Shown piece by piece: positions 34,110 to 43,594 of a DNA stretch of 64,000 nucleotides. A model generated the notes under the pieces. That model saw nothing but the letters and a program-made list of their open reading frames with translations. It was not told the DNA's origin and did not search any database. Numbering within the stretch: position 1 is the stretch's first letter; each line of letters starts with the position of its first letter. The stretch spans positions 1-64,000 of the IMG/VR virus record IMGVR_UViG_3300045988_162176; one strand, 5' to 3'. Both the position numbers and the translations under genes were made by a program. Origin of the DNA: a virus.

Positions 34110-34534
34110 TATTCTTTCTCCTCATTTTTTTTATTTTCAGGATATTTTCTTTTTAAAAAATAATAAGCATTCTCATTAAAACACTTCATAAAAGTTTTAA
34201 AAGGAATGGGGTCATTAATGATACAAATACCCAAACTAAGGTCTTTACAAAGGACAAAAGAAGTAATATTATTACAAGAAGTTTTAAAGAAGAAATACAT
34301 ACGGTCAGCACTATCTGTAAACACACTACACTTATAATGAGCAAAAACAGAAGTATTATTAGGATTAACATGTCTAAGAACAGTAATCTTGTATTTTTTA
34401 TCTTTTAAAGTATCCATTATATTTTTATTAAGCAAAATAGACTTCATAATCAACGCGCGAGCGTTGCTCGCAATACAAACTCCATTCACAGGGGAAGTTC
34501 TAAGTTCAGTGTTCGTGCAAGCACTCCACTTCAC
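34109..34534 (-). CDS. hypothetical protein (up to 141 aa; start uncertain)
   Basis: Longest frame starts at GTG 34534 after a weak GGAAG. The paralog alignment suggests the conserved core begins near ATG 34447 or 34417, which would place GC-rich element A2 in the leader. Confidence 0.5.
   Translation of the reverse strand: MKWSACTNTELRTSPVNGVCIASNARALIMKSILLNKNIMDTLKDKKYKITVLRHVNPNNTSVFAHYKCSVFTDSADRMYFFFKTSCNNITSFVLCKDLSLGICIINDPIPFKTFMKCFNENAYYFLKRKYPENKKNEEKE
34452..34471. repeat. GC-rich dual-hairpin element, copy A2
   Basis: Identical to 32926-32945. Confidence 0.8.
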
Positions 34535-34609
34535 ATAAGAACTTCCAGAATTTTGGTGTTACGAAAGACAGATATTTATATTTTATCAATTATCTTTCTC
34601 AGTATAGAT

Positions 34610-34638
34610 ATAATAACAGATATAGAGTAAGAAGTCAA
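34610..34638 (-). promoter_or_regulatory. promoter TTGACT-N17-TATTAT with TGT
   Basis: -35 at 34633-34638, -10 at 34610-34615 on the minus strand. Confidence 0.6.
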
Positions 34639-34639
34639 T

Positions 34640-35394
34640 AGTTTAATAAAGATTTTTCTTGTTATTGTAATGATTTTTTATTGTAATGGTGTTTCTGAGT
34701 AATGATTTATAATTACGAAGGTGCTTCATTGCGATGATTTTTATTGCAATGGTGCTTCGCCGATAATCCACCGTGATGCGGTGTTTGTATCATTATGAAA
34801 GATGGTCGCATTACGCTCCGTCCGTCGCTAATGCTCTCTCTTTCATAATGCAAACATCCTCTCGCGGTTACAGCCAAAAATAGAAAAAGAAGGCATAAGA
34901 GTTTGTAATCGTTCGCAAGGCTCACTTCAACAAACTCTAATGCTTTTTCTAGTTTTTGACTGTACTTTTTTCAAATGAAACAGGAAGGTATTACTTATTA
35001 TTATAGAAATATTGAGATAAAAGTTATAGAAAATGTAGAGTTTCTTAGTGAATACGAGCGTAAGCGAAGTATGAAATTAGAAACTCTCCTGTTGAGGGAC
35101 TTTTTTAAAAAAACGTACATTTTGAAATTTCAACAAATTTCTAAATATAGTAAATATAAGGGTTTTAAGAGGGTCAGGTCAAAATCCTTCCATAGAAAGA
35201 AAAAACATTTTATTTCTCTGTCTCGGTTACAGACGGTAACAAAATTACGAATTAAAAATGTCATAAACCCTATATAAATACTGTATTTAATTTTAAAAAT
35301 CCTTAAATGGGATTCTCCAATACTAATATCTATTATATAATATATCCGAAACTGTTTTAAAGAATTTTTTAAATTTAAAATTAGAAAACCCTTA
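34640..35394 (-). ncRNA. candidate non-coding transcript with a GC-enriched structured core
   Basis: Own promoter at 35401-35429. No SD-led ORF. Long hairpin CATTATGAAAGA...TCTTTCATAATG (34789-34850) with inner GCATTA/TAATGC stem. Confidence 0.3.
34664..34751. promoter_or_regulatory. four ATTGyrATG sites just upstream of promoter 34610-34638
   Basis: ATTGTAATG 34664 and 34680, ATTGCGATG 34728, ATTGCAATG 34743; they sit within two roughly 31-nt direct repeats. Confidence 0.5.
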
Positions 35395-35400
35395 TTTTAT

Positions 35401-35429
35401 ATGATAAAAACGAAGATAAATTTTGTCAA
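35401..35429 (-). promoter_or_regulatory. promoter TTGACA-N17-TATCAT
   Basis: -35 at 35424-35429, -10 at 35401-35406 on the minus strand; faces a 750-nt ORF-free stretch. Confidence 0.5.
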
Positions 35430-35494
35430 AAATTTTGCATTTCAGAACGAAACTGTCACCGAGGAAGAAATAAACATAGAAAAATAAAGGTTTT

Positions 35495-36886
35495 TCAATT
35501 TTTATCCTGATAGTTTTTAATTTTTGTCCATGATTTATTAAACAAATCTTCCCATATAGAATTTTTTTCAGTAAGATTAGAAGAAAGAGAATTAAAATTT
35601 TGAGGAATAAGCTTATCTAAGTTAAGTTGAATAAGGTCTTTATTTAACTTTTCATATAAGAAAGTTTCATAATATTGCGAAAGTTGAAAAGCTTCCTCTT
35701 CTTTTTTGTCAATAAAATAAACAGTTCCATCAGGTTGATTGATAACATTTCTTGAATTTGGTATTTCTTTAGCTTGTCTACTCTTTTTTAATTTAGAAAT
35801 TTTCTTTTGAGTTTCTTTATTATTAGTAGTTAAATTCTTTTTTAATAATACATCATCAATATCAGAAGTTTGTTTATAAAGAGATGCACATACAGCAATA
35901 TGTTCAGTAGAATATCTAATTAAATAAGATGGATAAGCAAACAAAGCACCAAGATTAATGATAAGAGAGTGGGTTAATTTCTTTTGAAATTCTTTTAATA
36001 ACCCTTTTTCTAAAATATCAGAATAACCTTTACAATTATACTCAGCAAAGATTTTACCGCGAATATTAACAAAAGTATTTAATTCATTTGGTTTTAAAGG
36101 TCTTTCTTTGTAGGTAACTAATAAAGGCGATTTATCTTTTAATGGTAAATAAAAATTACCATCTTCTTCATATATAGTTGAATAATCAGCATTAAAAGGA
36201 AGTCTATCTTTTTCTATAAATCCACCAACAAATACATCTTGAGGAAAAATAACTCCATCTTTTTCTAATTTATCAATAATAGTTTCTATTTGATAAAAAT
36301 TTTGTTTAGAAGTATGAGAATCATAATCGTCTAAAAGATTTTGAGTTCTTTTAGTTATATTATGAGCAGTTTCTTTGTTATTTCTTAATTCACGGATTTC
36401 TTTTTTAGGTTGAGTAACAAAAGGATATTTTGAATCTCTTAAATTTAAAGTATATTCTTCTAAGCGTCTACCATAAGAATAAGGAGAAAAATGAAATTGT
36501 TTATAATTTTCATTTTGTAATCCTATTGCAATAGCTAAGTCTCCTTTAGACATACAAAGATTTTCTCTTTTAGTATACTAACCATATACATTAAGAAAAG
36601 CGCAAAAAATCCATATAGCTGTATTTTGATATAATTCTTTTGCAACAGCACGATAATATTCATCAGGAGGAACTATTTTAATACAGGTAAATTTATCCTT
36701 GTTCTTTCTCCAAGTAAAACATTTCTTCCAATTTTCTAATTGTTTTTTCTAAAATTTCTTTTGCGATGGAGAAGAATAATTAGGTTCATCAAGTAGCTTG
36801 CAAAGTTCTTTATAGCTATTGACGGTGGAAACATTAGATAGTTTTTCCTAAACTCTAAGATAAAGGCTCTATTTCTAATCAGCCAT
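35495..36886 (-). CDS. hypothetical protein (463 aa) with 5 in-frame TAG codons in the first 103 codons
   Basis: ATG 36886 after SD AAAGGAG. The frame joins the 352-aa track ORF when TAG at codons 4, 6, 13, 46 and 103 is sense. Confidence 0.65.
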
Positions 36887-36954
36887 AAATTATCTCCTTT
36901 ACATAAGTAGTATTAATAGTTGCACAATATGGCGAATTCTATTAATCCATATAT

Positions 36955-36983
36955 AGTGTAACATATAAAAATCAAGCTGTCAA
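36955..36983 (-). promoter_or_regulatory. promoter TTGACA-N17-TACACT with TGT
   Basis: -35 at 36978-36983, -10 at 36955-36960 on the minus strand. Confidence 0.6.
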
Positions 36984-37074
36984 GTACAATTTAAAATAAA
37001 AAACAAACTTGTTTATCCGATATGAGATAAACAAGTTTAAAATAAGTTATGAAAATAGTTTAAAATAATGTTTA

Positions 37075-37398
37075 TTATCTAAGCTGATAATTTTTTTCAA
37101 GAAAACGTTCAGAATTAGAAATATATTTTTCGGTAATATCTTCCGCAGTAAAGACCTGAATACAAAGGAATTGAACAGATTCTAACTTTCTTCTTGGAAA
37201 AGCAAAATCAGGATTGATGTTAATGTCTTTTAAGATATCTGTAAGCCATTCTCTCGCATCATTAATAGTTTTAAATCTTTTTGCTTGGTCAAAAGAACGG
37301 AAAGGAGAAGGAAGAGAAAGGAGGACATAGCCAGCATAAGTGGTACGAATTTTACCTTGTTCATAATAAGTAAACTCAATGATAAACTGATTTTTCAT
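37075..37398 (-). CDS. hypothetical protein (107 aa), TTYAGY-motif family
   Basis: SD AAAGGAG; the RTTYAGY...FDQAKRF...A..W pattern recurs in 37410-37799 and 54389-54775. Confidence 0.7.
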   Translation of the reverse strand: MKNQFIIEFTYYEQGKIRTTYAGYVLLSLPSPFRSFDQAKRFKTINDAREWLTDILKDININPDFAFPRRKLESVQFLCIQVFTAEDITEKYISNSERFLEKNYQLR

Positions 37399-37409
37399 TT
37401 TATTCTCCT

Positions 37410-37799
37410 TTAAATCTTCTCTACATCTTCTGTATTAATAACGATTTTGGAAATGTAAGTGGAAGAATTTTCCCTCTCAGTAATAATCTTAAAGTAATTC
37501 TTCTGCTTTTCATAGAAATTCTTAGCCGCTTCAATATTGTCAAATTTTTCAGCTTCATTGAAGTCACAGTAAGGATAAGGCCACCAATTATAACCAACCC
37601 TATTATAACCAGCATAAGTGGTCTGAATAAAGTTATTAGAATCCTTCCAAACAAACTTAATAACGTAATAGGTCATGAATTTAGACTGTACAGTTAATTT
37701 GCTTTTTTCACTTTCCCAATTACATCGAGTACATGTTACTCGACCATAGTAAGCATTAAATTCAGCGATAGCACCGCACTGAGGGCAAATTTTGCACAT
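37410..37799 (-). CDS. hypothetical protein (129 aa), zinc-ribbon plus TTYAGY-motif domain
   Basis: CPQCG...CTRC at the N-terminus; QTTYAGY...FNEAEKF. Confidence 0.7.
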   Translation of the reverse strand: MCKICPQCGAIAEFNAYYGRVTCTRCNWESEKSKLTVQSKFMTYYVIKFVWKDSNNFIQTTYAGYNRVGYNWWPYPYCDFNEAEKFDNIEAAKNFYEKQKNYFKIITERENSSTYISKIVINTEDVEKI

Positions 37800-37867
37800 A
37801 TTGCTTCACCAGTTTCCTTTCACGGCTCAAATTTGAAGTCTTACGAATTCTTTCTTTTTGTATTTAC

Positions 37868-37896
37868 AGTATAGCAAATCACAAAGTAGAAGTCAA
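37868..37896 (-). promoter_or_regulatory. promoter TTGACT-N17-TATACT with TGC
   Basis: -35 at 37891-37896, -10 at 37868-37873 on the minus strand. Confidence 0.6.
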
Positions 37897-37900
37897 GTAT

Positions 37901-37935
37901 TTAATAAAAAAGAAGAGCCAAAATGACTCTTCTTT
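37901..37935 (-). terminator. intrinsic terminator AAAGAAGAG/CTCTTCTTT plus T-run
   Basis: 9-bp stem, then TTTTTATT in minus sense. Lies 10 nt after TAA 37945-37947, not after TAG 38101-38103. Confidence 0.65.
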
Positions 37936-37944
37936 ATAATATCA

Positions 37945-39708
37945 TTATAATTTTTTTGCGTGGGTTGAAGTAGCAAAACTATTATTATATATTTCCTTTT
38001 TCCATGATGGCCATAACTCAGCAGTTTTTCGAACTGCATTATAAACAGAGGAATAATTTTTAACCTTTTCAGATGATGGTAGGGTGCTTTTCAATTCGTT
38101 CTATCTTTCTTCAAGTCTTCTCCTACGTTCTTCTTCTTGGATTTCATTAAGATTATACAAAATAACATCATCAATAGCCTCGATAACTTCATTCAGCTTA
38201 TGAACAATATCGGTAGTAAGTTTAGTATTTACTTCATAGCTATAAGCAGAATCAGTAAGATAAAGCTTACTAAGATAATTAGGAAGTGAATCAGCACTAG
38301 TAACTTTTCTGCTGGATGGAGGTGATGCATTATCTGTTGTAGATGTGTTAGAATCTTTTTCATTTTTACAATCATTTACATATTTATCATTTACATATTT
38401 ATCAAGATAAGGAAACTGCTTAAAATTATCTTCACTTAACTTATAAACAGAATCAATACGAGCCATTTCCTTGACGCAATTAAGGTCAGACATGAGATAG
38501 TTGCCGATGCGCTTATAATAGTTCTCATAGGGATAAATCAAACTAAGTTCCTTGTCAACTTCAAGGTAATTATATGTTTTATCTTTATAAGAGACAATAA
38601 TAGGTGTCCAACAATAATAGCAATACTTATCATTATATCCAATGCGAGAAATATAGCCAACAGAATTATTGTTATTATAGACAACATCACCGAGCTTAAA
38701 GACAGGTTTGGGCTTTTCTATATCAACACTACCAACCTTATGCGTTCCAGTATCCGTATCATTGTTATCAATGGTAACAACAGACTGATTATTATTTACT
38801 TTAACAGTTTTAGTCTCAGGTTCTTCTTTAACTTCTTTTGTGTAATCCTTGTACTTTTCTTTCATCCAGCTCTTAAATTCATCGAAAGTTTTTTTAGAAA
38901 AATCGGAAGCTGAATAAAAAGTGTCCACCACTCGTGTACAAATTTCATCCAAATCCTCATCAGAAAAGCCAGCAAATTTCTTAACGGATTCTTTACACTT
39001 ATTTTTAGCAGTATTTGTATGGGTTTCAAGGAAGCCATCAATTTTTTTGATAGCTTCATCGAGTTCTTCCTGTGAATAAAATGCGGATTTTAACTGGGTA
39101 TCGACACCCGTTTTTCCCTTATTTTTAGGGAAGTAATTTTTTTCGTTTTCAGTCATTTTTTTGTCCTCTTTCGGGAGACATTTTTCAGTCTCTTTCTCAA
39201 TTTTGTCCTTTAAATCATCAAAAGTTCGTAGGGTAGAAAACTGCCCAACCTTTTCTTCATATTTCTTATCTTCTTCTTGAGTTAAAAGGAATAACTTTTG
39301 AATATCTTCCTTTTCCTCTTTTGTGGGAAAAGTTGTAGGAGACTTCATCGTGTCAAAAATGCTCCAAAGCACATTATAATTTTGAACAAAAGTAATAATA
39401 TTCCAATCTTTAATAGCAGGAATTGTGATTGCATTGCTATCAACATAAAGATAGTACTTAGAAGCAAGGTCATAACGAGTTAACTTTTCATAAGTATTAT
39501 AATAATGACCGCCAGCCCAATCTTCGTTGCAATCTTCACTATGAATACAACGAATATTAATTGTTATTCTACGACCATCAAAAACGACATAGGAAGAAAC
39601 TTCCCAAATATTATAAAACTTGTCGATTAAAATATCTCCCTCTTCAATATTTTCCCAAACATATTGAGCAAAAGCTACGGGATTAGTGGGGAAATCATTC
39701 TTTTTCAT
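37945..39708 (-). CDS. hypothetical protein (587 aa if TAG 38101-38103 is read through; 535 aa otherwise)
   Basis: SD AAAGGAG; a stop-free 51-codon extension after the TAG ends at a TAA followed by a terminator. Confidence 0.65.
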
Positions 39709-39719
39709 ATTATTCTCCT

Positions 39720-40160
39720 TTACTTTTCAGGGGCATCCTTAAAATCAACAATATCTGTAGGAATATCGCCAGTATCATACTCAATCTTAACACCAGTGTT
39801 CTTGTAAGGAGCATCCTTAAGAGTGAGCTTCTTATCAATCATAGGAGTCAAATCAAAATACTCTTCAATTTCCTTGTCAGTAAGAAGAAGAGCCCCAGTA
39901 AGAGCGCCTACAATCAAATAAAGAGGGTTTTTATGATTATCCTGAGATTTAAGCTCTGTAGAGAAGATAGCACACTGAGTATCATTTTCCTTAAGGATGT
40001 ACTTGACATCATTAGGATTGTCACTATCTTTAGTATCAGGAGTAGGAAGGTTCTTCTTACAAGTCAGCTTGGGAAATTCCTTCTGACGAGCAAGAAGTGT
40101 GTAGTTACGAGAAATGCCCTTACGAGCCTTGAAATTGCGTGCCATACGAGATTTAGGCAT
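39720..40160 (-). CDS. hypothetical protein (146 aa)
   Basis: SD AAAGGAG upstream of ATG. Confidence 0.7.
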   Translation of the reverse strand: MPKSRMARNFKARKGISRNYTLLARQKEFPKLTCKKNLPTPDTKDSDNPNDVKYILKENDTQCAIFSTELKSQDNHKNPLYLIVGALTGALLLTDKEIEEYFDLTPMIDKKLTLKDAPYKNTGVKIEYDTGDIPTDIVDFKDAPEK

Positions 40161-40192
40161 TATAGTTATCTCCTTTTTTAAATTGTTTTATT

Positions 40193-41017
40193 TTAAATCC
40201 AGTAATTGTAATAATTATTATGCGCTCTTTCTTTTTCAGTAGCAATAGAATCAGAATTAAAATTTAATATTGAATTAACTGCATTAATAGACAAATGAAG
40301 TTTGTGAATTGCAACCATTGTTTGTCTTATTTCATTACAATTTTTTGAATTATTTATAATATTATGTTGTTCTAAAGTGCGCCAAATACAAGATTCTTTT
40401 TCATATTTATCAAGAGTAATACGAATTGTTAAATAATCTAAAAGAGCAAATGCAAATTGTAAATCATGCCAATGACGAGTAATATAAAATCCCAAACTTC
40501 CAAAATACTTGTTACAAATTTTGTTGTTGCCGTTTAATGCGCGTTCAAATGCTTGAGTAATAACAACCTCATTTTCTTCAAAAAATGTTTTTCTTTCGAT
40601 AATGTCAAACCAAGTAATATGGAAAAGTTTACCATTTAATAGGTTGTTATAAGATGCACCATCATTAAGATAAGTAAAAGGTTGTGGCAGTTTTCCACTT
40701 GTTTTTGCATTCCATAATGAAGCATTACTTACAAAAGACACAAACCAACTTGGTTGCCATACAATTAAGTCATAGCAATATTCAAGAATAGCATCGAATT
40801 TTTTAGAAATGCTATAAAGAATCATCCAATCATTTTTGTTCTCAGGCTTTTTATAAACAAATTCCCCAAAATCCATATCACCTAAATCTTTCGTCAAGCA
40901 AGTCATAGCTGCAATAAATTGAACAATATTATGTCTGTTAGGCTTTTTCCCTTTAGAAAGAATTTTAGCTTTTTCAGCTTGATATTCATCTATGTTATAC
41001 ATATCTAAATAAATCAT
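40193..41017 (-). CDS. hypothetical protein (274 aa)
   Basis: ATGA overlap with the upstream stop (translational coupling). Confidence 0.65.
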   Translation of the reverse strand: MIYLDMYNIDEYQAEKAKILSKGKKPNRHNIVQFIAAMTCLTKDLGDMDFGEFVYKKPENKNDWMILYSISKKFDAILEYCYDLIVWQPSWFVSFVSNASLWNAKTSGKLPQPFTYLNDGASYNNLLNGKLFHITWFDIIERKTFFEENEVVITQAFERALNGNNKICNKYFGSLGFYITRHWHDLQFAFALLDYLTIRITLDKYEKESCIWRTLEQHNIINNSKNCNEIRQTMVAIHKLHLSINAVNSILNFNSDSIATEKERAHNNYYNYWI

Positions 41018-41904
41018 GTAGCTGTCCTCAATAATTCAGTACATTCTGCAACAACTCTGTGAGCATTTTCACGCAAAGTTCTATCAAATTCTCCCTCAAT
41101 TTCTTCCCCAATGATTTCAGCGGCAATATTATTAAATCTTGTGTGAGGAATGGTTTCAAAGAAATTTGTTCCTTCTCCACCTCTAGCAAAAGTTAAATCG
41201 GCAGTAACGGGGAGGAGGGGATTATCATTACCAACGGCTGTAACAGGAACAAAAGGGTTATAAATAACTTGGGTGTTTGGTTGAGTGCAATGAATATAAA
41301 TCATGTTATTTATTGGATTGTAAATCATATTGTCTACTGGATATCGACTTACACCCTTCTTTTTTACCAAGATATAATTGCCATAAAATCCCATTAACTC
41401 AGTTAAAATCTTAATAGTTTTTACAGAAATACTTTTATAAATAGGATTAAGATAATTTTTTGGGGCATCAAGCATAAGAAAAAAATCATCTATAATTGAA
41501 ACACAATTTTTTAAAGCCTTGAGATATTTATACATTAGACTATAATTTTTAATGGCGTCATTTTTAACAATGAAATCTGCATTAAAAGAAGTATTCATTT
41601 CAGTATAATAACCAACCCAATTACAAAAACTAGTTATTTTTAATCCATCTTTGTTCTTTTTATAGTCAAAGAAAGGATTATTCATGAAAAATGGAACAGT
41701 TACATCTGGATTTTCAGTTCGAAGCATAGTAATATAAGGAAGTATTGGAAGAGTAGGTTCAAGATAATTAAACAATACCGCAAATTTATCAGGGCAAATC
41801 TTTTCATTGTCAAAGAAAGAATTAAAAGGAATTTCAACAAGAATCTTTAAGAAAGAGACAAATTGTTTTTTAATATCCTCACAAGTAATTGTTTTATTTT
41901 CCAT
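41014..41904 (-). CDS. hypothetical protein (296 aa)
   Basis: TAATG overlap with the upstream gene. Confidence 0.65.
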   Translation of the reverse strand: MENKTITCEDIKKQFVSFLKILVEIPFNSFFDNEKICPDKFAVLFNYLEPTLPILPYITMLRTENPDVTVPFFMNNPFFDYKKNKDGLKITSFCNWVGYYTEMNTSFNADFIVKNDAIKNYSLMYKYLKALKNCVSIIDDFFLMLDAPKNYLNPIYKSISVKTIKILTELMGFYGNYILVKKKGVSRYPVDNMIYNPINNMIYIHCTQPNTQVIYNPFVPVTAVGNDNPLLPVTADLTFARGGEGTNFFETIPHTRFNNIAAEIIGEEIEGEFDRTLRENAHRVVAECTELLRTAT

Positions 41905-42698
41905 TAATAATCATCCCCACAATTCTCGTCATTAGGAATATCTGGAGTAGAATTAAACGTGTCCCCATGTTCATTAAAACCATGATAATAAATACACTTT
42001 TCCATGTCTCTGCTAATTCGCGTAATAAGAAAAAGATTGTAATCAAATTTACTTTTCTTTAGGCTGTTTTCACAAACTTTCAATTCACTTGTAGAATAAT
42101 AAGTAAGGTCAGTAATATGAGTACCAAAACAACGCCCGTTAAGCATTGTAGCTATAGGATAGCTTTCTTTTATTAAATCTCTAAAAGCCCAAATTACAGT
42201 TAAAGCTCCCCAAACATCTTCCATAATACAATATAAGAAAATGAAAAGGTTTTTTTTATTTTGCTTTTTTAAATCCATAATTAATTTATCAGTGTCTTCA
42301 AATAAAGTGATTTCTGATTCAAGAAACTTTTGGCTCAATTGTTCTGGACGTAAACCGTAATCAAGAACAACCTTATCGTAATTTTTAGTATGAGAAACTA
42401 AAAAGTTTTCTTCCATGCAGTCAAGCCAGCTGCTATTAAACATGATTGACTGTTTAGCGGGAAACATGTAAAAATTACGAGGATTCTTTAAGGTTAAAAG
42501 ATACTCATAAGTAGGAACAAAAGCAAAAAACCACTCACGATATTGAAATAACACATCAATAGTCATTTCATTAAAAAGAATTGGTTCGAATAATACGTCT
42601 TTGTTTTGTTCAATCAATCCATTTTTACCTAAAATATGTTCAGTTATATCCACAGCATTAATAACATTCGCATTAGGAGGAGTTACTTTCATTGCCAT
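41904..42698 (-). CDS. hypothetical protein (264 aa)
   Basis: Start moved to ATG 42698 after GAGGTG; the longer track ORF starts upstream of promoter 42721-42749. Confidence 0.65.
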   Translation of the reverse strand: MAMKVTPPNANVINAVDITEHILGKNGLIEQNKDVLFEPILFNEMTIDVLFQYREWFFAFVPTYEYLLTLKNPRNFYMFPAKQSIMFNSSWLDCMEENFLVSHTKNYDKVVLDYGLRPEQLSQKFLESEITLFEDTDKLIMDLKKQNKKNLFIFLYCIMEDVWGALTVIWAFRDLIKESYPIATMLNGRCFGTHITDLTYYSTSELKVCENSLKKSKFDYNLFLITRISRDMEKCIYYHGFNEHGDTFNSTPDIPNDENCGDDY

Positions 42699-42720
42699 AC
42701 TTTCACCTCTATTCTTTAAT

Positions 42721-42749
42721 ATAATACAACAAAAAGTCTTATTTGTCAA
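42721..42749 (-). promoter_or_regulatory. promoter TTGACA-N17-TATTAT
   Basis: -35 at 42744-42749, -10 at 42721-42726 on the minus strand. Confidence 0.6.
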
Positions 42750-42788
42750 GGGTTTAATCAAGACAAATAAGACTTTTATGATATATTT

Positions 42789-43055
42789 TTACTTATTCTT
42801 ATAGAGAAGAGCACGACGAGGGTAAAGATTGGGAGTTTTCATAATTGAAAGATTCTTAATAGCGAAAGCGTAGAATTTGTTAAACTCTTCAAGAGAAGAC
42901 CAACAAAGAATATTCTCATCATTTTTTTGACCAAAGTAATAATACTTATCAGTTGCATTCCAACAGAGATAAGCGCCTGTATCCCGACAGAGACAAGGAC
43001 CTTTTGTATCACTATAAATAGTGTAGACAATTTTCTCCTGTGTGGCATTTGTCAT
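42789..43055 (-). CDS. hypothetical protein (88 aa)
   Basis: SD GAAAGGAG upstream of ATG. Confidence 0.7.
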   Translation of the reverse strand: MTNATQEKIVYTIYSDTKGPCLCRDTGAYLCWNATDKYYYFGQKNDENILCWSSLEEFNKFYAFAIKNLSIMKTPNLYPRRALLYKNK

Positions 43056-43070
43056 GATAAAATTCTCCTT

Positions 43071-43334
43071 TCAATTTAATCTTGTCCAAAAAACAAAATT
43101 TATATCAATCTCACGAGGAGAAATATCCCAAGGATACTTGTTAGGATAGGACTTAAAATTACTTAAAGTTATCAAATATTCATCTGCGTAACAATCAAAT
43201 TTTTTGCCTTGGAATATTGCTGAATAAACTTCGTAGTTTCCACCAAAAATTTCATCCGTAAATCGAATATCTTCAAGTATAAGAACTTCTTCTCCGATAC
43301 GGGGCTATCTATCTTCAAAACTATACCATTCCAT
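43071..43334 (-). CDS. DUF551-like small protein, array copy 1 (87 aa, TAG at codon 10)
   Basis: MEWYSFEDR(TAG)PRIGEE...FWTRLN; missed by the ORF track because of the TAG. Family name is tentative. Confidence 0.65.
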
Positions 43335-43351
43335 TTTTGTTAATTCCTTTT

Positions 43352-43591
43352 TCAATTCAATCTTGTCCAGCGCAAACAGGAAGATAAAAAATAATGATAT
43401 TGGCTCGAATAATCTTTTTGGATGTATTTTTTAAAATTGTCTAACTTAACATCAAACATTTCTTCGCTATCTACTCTTTTTCTTCCTAAATAAGTAGCGA
43501 TAAATATTTTAGTGTCATTAAAAAATATTTTCGCTACGAGAATTTCTTCCCCAATATGAGGTCTTTTCTTTTCAAATTCAAACCACTCCAT
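43352..43591 (-). CDS. DUF551-like small protein, array copy 2 (79 aa)
   Basis: MEWFEFEKKRPHIGEE...RWTRLN. Confidence 0.7.
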   Translation of the reverse strand: MEWFEFEKKRPHIGEEILVAKIFFNDTKIFIATYLGRKRVDSEEMFDVKLDNFKKYIQKDYSSQYHYFLSSCLRWTRLN

Positions 43592-43594
43592 AGG

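Noticed and set aside
28220-34925. tRNA-like fragments (GGTTCG at about 28228, CGTTCGCAAGG at about 34909) as a possible suppressor tRNA
   Set aside because: I could not assemble acceptor, D, anticodon and T arms around either site on either strand. No CUA-anticodon cloverleaf was found by eye, so this needs tRNAscan-SE.
34713-35277. Track ORFs 34713-34925 (minus) and 34975-35277 (plus)
   Set aside because: They have no SD or plausible start context. They lie in a repeat- and hairpin-rich region that is better explained as non-coding.
42699-42761. N-terminal extensions of several track ORFs (for example 42761, 47487, 49992, 53253, 55164, 59066, 8015, 8667, 22092, 24041)
   Set aside because: The extended starts lie upstream of the promoter or inside the preceding gene or hairpin, and they lack an SD. 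An internal ATG with a canonical SD is present in each case.
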